This document shows positions 8,826 to 16,296 of a stretch of DNA of 64,000 nt, in pieces. Origin of the DNA: an uncultured Acidobacteriota bacterium (GTDB taxonomy: Bacteria > Acidobacteriota > Thermoanaerobaculia > Multivoradales > UBA5704); assembly GCA_963795735.1 (NCBI GenBank), contig CAWCIU010000008.1:1751836-1815835 (forward strand). The letters run 5' to 3'. The first letter of the stretch is position 1, and every line of letters starts with the position of its first letter. The position numbers and the translations under genes are program-made. Under the pieces are notes generated by a model. It had not been told where the DNA came from. It was given only the letters and a program-made list of their open reading frames with translations, and ran no database searches.

Positions 8826-10040
8826 ATGAGCACGGAATCCGCTACGGGAAAACCCTGCGAGCCCGACGAATATGCGCTCCAGTATCCGCAGGTGGAGCCA
8901 GACTCCAGCTACTGGATGTACTGCTCCAAGCTGCACATTGTCACGATCGACGAGCTCAGGGCCGTCACCGACGACGAGAGCAACACGGACGGTTACTTTC
9001 CTCCCTATCCCGACCCCTGCACCAAAGAGGGCGAAGAGGAGATCGAAGAGGAGATGGAGGAGCTGCTGGCGCTCGCGAAGATGCGGGACGATCCGGATGC
9101 GCTGACCGGTGCCGCTCAGGGGGACCTCGGGCCTCGTCTCCCGATCAGCAAGCTCTTCAACCTGATGCCGCCGGCGCTCGGCGCCGTCATGGTGAACCGC
9201 TACCCGGGCGAGCAGATCATCCGGACGGGACGCGGCATGGCCCGCGCCGTCGAAAGCGAGACGCCCGGGTTCTTCTATCGCCACGCGCTCAATTACCTGA
9301 TCCCTCCGACGCGCTGGTCGCCGCCGCGCCAGGCCCTGATCTGGGCGGCCCTGGACGTGGCCATCGCCAGCGCGCTGCAGGCCGCGTGGTACTACAAGTG
9401 GCTCAGTCCCCGGCCCCTCACCGCGCGGCGGGAACGGCCGATCGAGTACTCGAATCGCGAGCACAGCGGGTTGCACGTCCTGTTCGATCATCCGGACCAG
9501 CTCAACCCGGGGTACAATTCCTGCCCTCCCGGAAGGGATCCCGGCACGATGTCGGGAACGCCCCGGCATCCCGCCTATCCCTCGGGGCACAGCACCTACT
9601 CCGGCGCCGCCACCGAGCTGTTGTCCTTCTTCTTCGGCAATCAGCCGTGCTACGCCGGCGCTCAACCCTCGCATGGAACGGGCTTTTCCGGGACCATGAA
9701 GGACGAGTTGGACAACATGGCGGACAACATCGGCATGGGACGGCTGTGGGCCGGCATCCACTGGCGGAGCGATCATGTCAACGGCATGAAGCTGGGACGC
9801 GCCGTCGCCCGGCTGGTGCTGCACCAACTGGCCGACATGGGCCTCAAGCTCTGCCCATCGGTACCGCCGTGCGATCCCAACGCGATGCCGCCGACCCGGC
9901 AGGAGCTGGAGCAGAGGGCGGAGGCTTTCCAACAGAATTGCGGCAAGCCGAAGCCGCTGGGTGATCCCTGCCCGGGAGATCCGCAGAGCCGGGAAGAGAG
10001 GATGGAAGCGAGCCGCGGCGTGCAGCAGACCGCCCAGTAG
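8826..10040 (+). CDS. PAP2-superfamily protein, vanadium-dependent haloperoxidase-like
   Basis: PAP2 motifs: RRERP, YPSGHSTYSGAA, RLWAGIHWRSDHVNGMKLG (R-x3-G-x-H-x2-SD-x3-G). Confidence 0.5.
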   Translation: MSTESATGKPCEPDEYALQYPQVEPDSSYWMYCSKLHIVTIDELRAVTDDESNTDGYFPPYPDPCTKEGEEEIEEEMEELLALAKMRDDPDALTGAAQGDLGPRLPISKLFNLMPPALGAVMVNRYPGEQIIRTGRGMARAVESETPGFFYRHALNYLIPPTRWSPPRQALIWAALDVAIASALQAAWYYKWLSPRPLTARRERPIEYSNREHSGLHVLFDHPDQLNPGYNSCPPGRDPGTMSGTPRHPAYPSGHSTYSGAATELLSFFFGNQPCYAGAQPSHGTGFSGTMKDELDNMADNIGMGRLWAGIHWRSDHVNGMKLGRAVARLVLHQLADMGLKLCPSVPPCDPNAMPPTRQELEQRAEAFQQNCGKPKPLGDPCPGDPQSREERMEASRGVQQTAQ

Positions 10041-10170
10041 ACCGGTGCGGACCGGGGAGCCCAACGGGCTCCCCGCGAGTTTTCATTCCATCCCCGCCGG
10101 GACGCGGTCTGCTCTCACCGGGACGCAACCGATCCCCGCGGGGAACGCGGCATGCCCTTTTAAAGAACCA

Positions 10171-11154
10171 TCATCTCGGATCGACGGCAAGGGCGGTCAG
10201 GGAGGGCGCTGCGCCGGCACGGAGGACGAATTCCGTCAGCTCCTCGATCGAGGCAATGGACTCCACCCGCCGCCGGACCTCGTCGGGCAAAGAGCCAAAG
10301 CGTTTCTCGAGATTCCGCAAGAGGACTCCACGAGACTTCTCTAGAGCGTCCTCCTGACCTTTCTGAAGCCCCTCTTCGAGCCCTTCCTGTTTCCACTCAT
10401 GGGTCCACTCTATGACGCGTTCGGCCAGCATCGACTTGACCTCCTGAAGATCGGCCACCTGCGGGATCACGGTTCCGGGCACCCGGGCTGGAAGCAGGAC
10501 TCTCAGCAGCCAAGTGGTGAACGACCGCCTCAGATCCGCGAGCTCCGGCTCGCCCAGCCACTCGATCAGCGCCATCAGCACCCGTTGGATGTCCTCCGGA
10601 CCGCGACTCTTCTCCAACCGGAACAGCGCCGCCGCCAGGTTGCGCAACGACTCCAGCTCCGAATCGGCGATCCGCGCCTCGTCCAGCAGGCAGTAGCGCA
10701 GGTGCGGCCGGTATCGCTCCAGACCGCCCGGTACCTCCTCGATCAGCTCACCCAACTCCCGGGCGGCTCCCCAGGGAGCGTAGCCATTATAGAGAACCAG
10801 GGGCAGGACGGGCGGCAGCTTGCCCGCAGCGGTGAGCTGCCGGTTCTGGACCAAGTCCTGGTAGAGAAACCCCAGATACACCATTACACGCAGCGCCATG
10901 AACGGATCGACGGTGGACTGGAACTCGATCAGCAGGTAGACGTAGAGCCAGCGGTCGCGCTCCCAGCGGACCCGCCAGACGACATCGCTCTCGTGACTGC
11001 GCAACTCCGGGGTGACGTAGCTGCCGGAAACCCGCTCCAGGGTTGAGAAGTCGAGATCCCGCACCCACTCCTCATGGACGAAGCCGCGCAGCAGGTCCGC
11101 GACCATTTCGGGATGGGAGAACAACCTCTTGTATCCGGTATCGTGCTCGGCCAC
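10171..11154 (-). CDS. Rpn-family recombination-promoting nuclease / putative transposase (PD-(D/E)XK, YhgA-like)
   Basis: A GTG start is chosen, so the product begins (M)AEHDTGYKRLFSHPEMVADLLRGFV..., the characteristic Rpn N-terminus. The remainder reads ...ESDVVWRVRWERDRWLYVYLLIEFQSTVD. The upstream 800 bp of the ORF-track call is a GC artefact. Confidence 0.6.
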   Translation of the reverse strand: MAEHDTGYKRLFSHPEMVADLLRGFVHEEWVRDLDFSTLERVSGSYVTPELRSHESDVVWRVRWERDRWLYVYLLIEFQSTVDPFMALRVMVYLGFLYQDLVQNRQLTAAGKLPPVLPLVLYNGYAPWGAARELGELIEEVPGGLERYRPHLRYCLLDEARIADSELESLRNLAAALFRLEKSRGPEDIQRVLMALIEWLGEPELADLRRSFTTWLLRVLLPARVPGTVIPQVADLQEVKSMLAERVIEWTHEWKQEGLEEGLQKGQEDALEKSRGVLLRNLEKRFGSLPDEVRRRVESIASIEELTEFVLRAGAAPSLTALAVDPR

Positions 11155-11279
11155 CGCCGCTCCGTTCTGATACGTCGAAGAGAAACGGCGGCATTGTTGC
11201 AGGGACGGCGGTATCCGCAAGAGGTCCTTCGCCGGGCACTTCCGGGCTACTCCAACCGTCGTTTCGCTGTAAGGAGGGA

Positions 11280-12155
11280 CTACCCCTGCGGCCGGTACAC
11301 CGACCCCGCGAGCGGCTTCGCCCTGGCGGGGGCGGTGTGGGGATCGGGGAGGATCTGGCGGAGGTAGGGCTCGATGCCGCGGGCGGGGTCCCAGTTCTGC
11401 GGGTAGCCGAGCGAGACCTCCTCGAAGCGGACGCCGTCGCGGTGGTGGGTGGCGCGGATGTGGAGATGGCCGTAGACCACCGCCTGGGCGTTGAAGCGGA
11501 GGTGCCAGTCCTCGGTCCGCCGCGTGCCGCACCAGATGGAGAAGCGCGGGATGCGCGGCAGCACGGCGAGGTCCTGCCGCAACGGGAAGTGGTTGACGAT
11601 CACCAGCGGTCCCCGGCCCGCCGCCTCGGCCAGGCGCGGCTCGGTGAGGCGGACCCGCTCGTGGCACCAGGCGGCGCGCGAGGGGAACGGGTCGGGGTGG
11701 AGCAGGACCTCGTCGGAGCAGAGGAGGTTCTCCTCGGCCGCCCATTCGATCGCCTCCTCGACCGGGACCTCGTCCGGACGGAAGGTGTAGTCGTAGAGCA
11801 CGAAGGTGGGCGCCAGGACGCAGCGCTCCCCCTCCCCCGGCCAGAGCACGTAGGGGTCCTCCGGGGTCAGCACGCCATACTGCCGGCAGATCTCGACCAG
11901 CCGCTCGTACTTCTCCTGGCCGCGCAGCTCGACCGGCTTGGTGGGGGTCGTCCACAGGTCGTGGTTGCCCGGCACCCAGAGCAGGCGGGCGAAGCGCCCG
12001 GCGAGGAGGTCCAGGGCGAAGCGCAGGTGCTCCTCGGTCTCGCCGACGTCGCCGGCCAGGATCAGCCAGTCGTAGGGGTGCGGCCGCAGGGCCCGCAGGG
12101 CTTGGCGGGTCACCTCGTAGCGCAGGTGCAGGTCGGCCAGGGCGTAGAGCTTCAT
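11280..12155 (-). CDS. metallophosphoesterase (calcineurin-like)
   Basis: MKLYALADLHL...LILAGDVGE...VPGNHD...VYGHLH motif series. The start lies 6 bp after the stop of the upstream gene. Confidence 0.7.
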   Translation of the reverse strand: MKLYALADLHLRYEVTRQALRALRPHPYDWLILAGDVGETEEHLRFALDLLAGRFARLLWVPGNHDLWTTPTKPVELRGQEKYERLVEICRQYGVLTPEDPYVLWPGEGERCVLAPTFVLYDYTFRPDEVPVEEAIEWAAEENLLCSDEVLLHPDPFPSRAAWCHERVRLTEPRLAEAAGRGPLVIVNHFPLRQDLAVLPRIPRFSIWCGTRRTEDWHLRFNAQAVVYGHLHIRATHHRDGVRFEEVSLGYPQNWDPARGIEPYLRQILPDPHTAPARAKPLAGSVYRPQG

Positions 12156-12160
12156 CGGGA

Positions 12161-12970
12161 TCAATTGACCGGATCGTCGGGCTCGGGCTCTTCGGGGTCG
12201 AAGTCCCGCATCACGCCCTGGATGATCTGGTCGGGGGTCACCACCCGCGGGCGCTCCTCGGGGGGCGCCTCGGCGGTCTCGCCGGGGAAGAGCAGGGCCT
12301 GGCGGGTCGCCCCCTCCTCGTTGAGCTCGACCTCGGTCAGCGGGTGGCGGACCGGCTCGACGGAGTAGTCGGGATGGTAGATGGCCCCGGCCCCCGCGGG
12401 GATGCCGAAGCCGCGGGCATGCTCTCCCGCCTTGGGGACGAGGCGCAGCAGGCGCGCCCAGGCGGGCTCGTCGTGGACGTCCACCACGAAGGGCACCAGG
12501 CGCAGGGCGTCGAAGGCGCCGGAGCCGTCCTCGTCCGAGCCCTTGATGCCGAGCTGCACGGCGCCGGCGGAGACGCCGATCAGCAGGGCGCCGGCGTAGT
12601 AGCGCGCCACCAGCTTCTCCTTGATGCCGCTCGCCTCGAACGCCTGCCACCCCTGCCGCACGTCGCCGCCGGAGAGGAGGATGAGATCCGCCTGCTCGAA
12701 GAAGGCGAGGTCCTCGGCCGACGGGCTCGCCGGCACGTGGCGGCAGTCGCTGGCGCGGATGCCGATCTCGCTCATGGCGCCGGTGAACAGGTCGTAGAAC
12801 TCCGGAGCGTCGCCGTTCGAGGCGCCGAGATAGGCGGCCTTGAGGGGATGGCCCGGCTCGTCCTCCTCGATCGCGGCCCGGGCGCGGTCGAGGAAGAGCT
12901 TGCCCTCCTCGTCGCGCCAGAAGAGGAGCTGGCTGTCGGCCAGCAGGAAGATGGGTTTGATCGTTGCCAC
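12161..12970 (-). CDS. peptidase S51-like / class I glutamine amidotransferase-like protein (dipeptidase E family)
   Basis: GTG start with a GGAGGG RBS. IFLLADSQLLFW...AYLGASNGDAPEFY...LLSGGDVRQGWQAF...LIGVSAGA resembles peptidase E/cyanophycinase-like proteins. Confidence 0.5.
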   Translation of the reverse strand: MATIKPIFLLADSQLLFWRDEEGKLFLDRARAAIEEDEPGHPLKAAYLGASNGDAPEFYDLFTGAMSEIGIRASDCRHVPASPSAEDLAFFEQADLILLSGGDVRQGWQAFEASGIKEKLVARYYAGALLIGVSAGAVQLGIKGSDEDGSGAFDALRLVPFVVDVHDEPAWARLLRLVPKAGEHARGFGIPAGAGAIYHPDYSVEPVRHPLTEVELNEEGATRQALLFPGETAEAPPEERPRVVTPDQIIQGVMRDFDPEEPEPDDPVN

Positions 12971-13081
12971 AGTGCGGCCCTCCAGGGAAGGAAGATAGCA
13001 GAGGGAGATCCGGCCGGCGCCGGAAAGGCGGCGGCGCGCCCTTTCCCGCCCTTTGCGCCGCCCTTTGCTAAGCTGACCGGC

Positions 13082-13954
13082 ATGGAAGAGACCCGACCCG
13101 AGAAATCCCCCGGACCCGTCCCCCAGGTGGAGAAGGATGCGGCGGCGCAGAGCGGCGAGCCGCCGCGCTGGGGCAAGGGGACCGAGCAGGCCGAGGACGG
13201 CCATTTCCTCGAGGGGCCGCACACCCGCGCCTCCGAGCTTAAGCGGCTGCTGCGCATCGGCGCCGACTTCATCCGCGGCTTCCGTGGCCTGCACTTCGTG
13301 GGGCCGTGCGTCACCGTCTTCGGCTCGGCCCGGTTCCACGAGGACCACCGCTACTACGCCCTCGCCCGCGAGATGGGCCGCCGGCTGGGCCGCGCCGGCT
13401 TCACCGTGCTGACCGGCGGCGGACCGGGGATCATGGAGGCGGCCAACCGCGGCGCCCGCGACGTGGGAGCGCCATCGATCGGCTGCAACATCATCCTGCC
13501 CACCGAGCAGAAGCCCAACCCGTACCTCGACCGCTGGCTCGAGTTCCGCTACTTCTTCGTCCGCAAGGTGATGCTGGTCAAATACTCCTACGCCTTCGTG
13601 GTGCTCCCCGGCGGCTTCGGCACCATGGACGAGATCTTCGAGTGCGCGACGCTGATCCAGACGGGGAAGATCAAGGACTTCCCGCTGATCCTGATGGGCA
13701 CCGAGTTCTGGCAGCCGCTGAAGGATTTCCTCTGCCAGGGCATGGTCGCGGAGAAGACCATCCTGTCCACGGACTGCGACCGGATCCTGTTCACCGATTC
13801 CCCCGACGAGGCCATGGAGCGCATTTTGGGGGCCGCCACCCGCGAGTTCGGCTTGGTCTGGGAGGCCACCGCTCCCAAGGACTCGCCGCGCTGGTACCTG
13901 GGCGAGGGGAGCCTGCGGAAAGCGGACGCCGGGAAGGTCGAGAAGGCGGGGTAG
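13082..13954 (+). CDS. LOG family protein (TIGR00730 Rossmann-fold nucleotide-binding, cytokinin riboside 5'-monophosphate phosphoribohydrolase-like)
   Basis: VTVFGSARFHEDHRYY...TGGGPGIMEAANRGA...VLPGGFGTMDEIFE. The native start may be further downstream. Confidence 0.8.
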   Translation: MEETRPEKSPGPVPQVEKDAAAQSGEPPRWGKGTEQAEDGHFLEGPHTRASELKRLLRIGADFIRGFRGLHFVGPCVTVFGSARFHEDHRYYALAREMGRRLGRAGFTVLTGGGPGIMEAANRGARDVGAPSIGCNIILPTEQKPNPYLDRWLEFRYFFVRKVMLVKYSYAFVVLPGGFGTMDEIFECATLIQTGKIKDFPLILMGTEFWQPLKDFLCQGMVAEKTILSTDCDRILFTDSPDEAMERILGAATREFGLVWEATAPKDSPRWYLGEGSLRKADAGKVEKAG

Positions 13955-13958
13955 GCGT

Positions 13959-15287
13959 CTACAGCAACTGGCTCGCCAGGTTCGCCAGCGCCGAGCGCTC
14001 TCCCTTCTCCAGGTTGACGTGGGCGTAGAGGGGGTTGCCCCGCACGCGGTCGATCAGGTAGGAGAGGCCGTTGCTGCTGGCGTCGAGGTAGGGGGTGTCG
14101 ATCTGGAAGATGTCCCCGGTGAGGATGATCTTGGTGCGCTCGCCGGCGCGGGTGATGATCGTCTTCACCTCGTGGGGGGTGAGGTTCTGCGCCTCGTCGA
14201 CGATGAAGATGACGTTCGACAGGCTGCGGCCGCGGATGTAGGCGAGCGGCACGATGTGGAGCTTCTCGGTCTCGATCATCTCATCGACCTTCCGGTACTC
14301 GCTCTCCTTCTCGTCGAACTGGTTCTTGATGATCCCCAGGTTGTCCCACAGCGGCTGCATGAAGGGGTTGATCTTGGACTGGATGTCCCCCGGCAGGAAG
14401 CCGATGTCGCGGTTCGAGAGCGGCACGATGGGCCGCGCCAGATAGATCTGCCGGTAGTGCCGCCGCTGCTCCATCGCCCCGGCCAGCGCGAGCAGGGTCT
14501 TGCCGGTGCCGGCGGCGCCGGAGAGGGTGACGAGCTGCACGTCCGGGTTGAGCACGGCGTGGAGCGCGAAGGTCTGCTCGGCGTTGCGCGGCGAGATGCC
14601 GTAGGCGAGCGGCTTGACCACCCGCTCGATGCGGTCGGTCTTCGGGTTGTAATAGGCGAGGGCCGACTTGGTGCCGCTGCGCAGGATGTAGTACTGGTTG
14701 CAGGGGGGGCGCTCGGCGAGCACCGCCTCGACCGCAACCGACTCCTCCTGGTAGAGGCGGTCGATGGCGCTCCCGTCCGCCACCTCGACCTCGTCCTTCC
14801 CCTTGGGGAGATGGGAGAGGTCCTTGATCTTGACCGTCTCGTAGTCCTCCGCGGCGACGTTGAGGGCGCGGGCCTTGAGACGGAGGTTGATGTCCTTGCT
14901 GACCAGGATCACCGGCCGGCCGGGCTGCGCGCGGGCGAGGCTGAGAACGGTGTTGAGGATGCGGTGGTCGGCCTTGCGCGAGCCGAAGACCTCGCCGGCG
15001 TCCACCCCGCCGTTCTCCTCGGTGAGCACGCGGAAGCTGCCGCTCGCCGGGCCGTTGAGCGGGATCCACTCCTGCAGCATGTTGTGGTCGGACAGCTTGT
15101 CGAGCTGGCGGATGAACTCGCGGGCCTGGAGGTTGAGGACCGAGTTGCCCTTCTTGAACTGGTCGAGCTCCTCGAGCACCGTGATCGGGATGGCGACGTC
15201 GTGCTCCTTGAAGTTGTGGAGCGCGTTGAAGTCGTGGAGGATGACGGAGGTGTCGAGGACGAAGATTTTGCGCTGCGGCTCGGGCAT
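13959..15287 (-). CDS. PhoH-like ATPase with N-terminal PIN domain (YlaK-like)
   Basis: PIN at the N-terminus: KIFVLDTSVILHD. PhoH Walker A: LSGAAGTGKTLLALA. Walker B: IFIVDEAQNLT. Confidence 0.85.
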   Translation of the reverse strand: MPEPQRKIFVLDTSVILHDFNALHNFKEHDVAIPITVLEELDQFKKGNSVLNLQAREFIRQLDKLSDHNMLQEWIPLNGPASGSFRVLTEENGGVDAGEVFGSRKADHRILNTVLSLARAQPGRPVILVSKDINLRLKARALNVAAEDYETVKIKDLSHLPKGKDEVEVADGSAIDRLYQEESVAVEAVLAERPPCNQYYILRSGTKSALAYYNPKTDRIERVVKPLAYGISPRNAEQTFALHAVLNPDVQLVTLSGAAGTGKTLLALAGAMEQRRHYRQIYLARPIVPLSNRDIGFLPGDIQSKINPFMQPLWDNLGIIKNQFDEKESEYRKVDEMIETEKLHIVPLAYIRGRSLSNVIFIVDEAQNLTPHEVKTIITRAGERTKIILTGDIFQIDTPYLDASSNGLSYLIDRVRGNPLYAHVNLEKGERSALANLASQLL

Positions 15288-15372
15288 GGAACGCCGGGGT
15301 CCTTTCGTGAGTCCACCGAGAGGCTAGCTCAGGCGGCGGGATTTCGCCAACTGGGGCTAAGATCCTCCGGCC

Positions 15373-16296
15373 ATGGAAACGGCCCCGAAACCCACCCCGC
15401 TCGCCTCGCGCCTGGAGGTGCTCGCCGCGGCGGCGCTGTTCTCCTCGGGCGGGGCGGTGATCAAGGCGGTCCACCTGGTGGGGTGGCAGGTGGCGTGCGT
15501 CCGCTCGGCGATCGCCGCGGTGACGCTCCTCCTGCTGATCAAGGAGGTGCGCCGCCGGCCCAACCTGAAGGTGCTCGGGGTGGGGCTCGCCTTCGCCGCC
15601 ACGATGATCCTCTTCGTCCTGGCCAACAAGCTCACCACCTCGGCGAGCGCCATCTACCTGCAATCGACGGCGCCGCTCTACGTGCTGCTGCTCAGCCCCT
15701 GGCTGCTCAAGGAGCGGATCCGGGGGCGCGACGTGATCTTCATGATCGCCCTCGCCGCCGGCCTCGGGCTGTTCTTCGTGGGGTTCGACCCGGTCTCGGT
15801 CACCGCCCCGAACCCGAAGCTCGGCAACGTCCTGGCGGTGGTTTCGGGGCTCACCTGGGCGCTGACGGTGATGGGGCTGCGGGCGCTCGGCAGGGGCGGG
15901 GAGTCGTGGGGACCGGCGGGAGCCTTCTGGGGGAACGTCTTCGCGGCGCTGCTCTGCCTGCCGTTCGCCTGGCCCGTCGTGGTGACCCGGCCCGCGGACT
16001 GGCTCCTGGTGGGCTACCTGGGGGTCTTCCAGATCGGCGTCGCCTACCTCTTCCTGATCCGCGGCCTGACCCGGGTAGGCGCTTTCGAGGGTTCGCTCCT
16101 GCTGCTGCTCGAGCCGGTGCTCAATCCCATCTGGACCTGGCTGGTCCACGGCGAGCGGCCGGGGATCTGGTCGATCGCCGGGGCGGCGGTGATCCTCCTC
16201 GCCACCCTGGTCAAGAGCTGGGCGGACGCCCGGACGGGGGCCGCCGCTTCCTCAACCCCTACTTCATCCCCACGGCCTTCTTCATCGCCGCCGTGA
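15373..16296 (+). CDS. DMT-family (EamA-like) transporter
   Basis: Ten predicted TM helices with the duplicated EamA pattern. The 3' end overlaps the convergent ligD gene. Confidence 0.65.
   Translation: METAPKPTPLASRLEVLAAAALFSSGGAVIKAVHLVGWQVACVRSAIAAVTLLLLIKEVRRRPNLKVLGVGLAFAATMILFVLANKLTTSASAIYLQSTAPLYVLLLSPWLLKERIRGRDVIFMIALAAGLGLFFVGFDPVSVTAPNPKLGNVLAVVSGLTWALTVMGLRALGRGGESWGPAGAFWGNVFAALLCLPFAWPVVVTRPADWLLVGYLGVFQIGVAYLFLIRGLTRVGAFEGSLLLLLEPVLNPIWTWLVHGERPGIWSIAGAAVILLATLVKSWADARTGAAASSTPTSSPRPSSSPP

Noticed and set aside
11155-11955. N-terminal 267-codon extension of the Rpn nuclease ORF (also upstream extensions of ORFs at 12161..13348, 11280..12650, 54289..56955, 58780..59901, 34678..35877, 60150..61310)
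   Set aside because: The extensions are Arg/Pro/Gly-rich with no homology signal. Internal starts with RBS reproduce the canonical N-termini of the respective families. Some extensions run into MITE repeat sequence.
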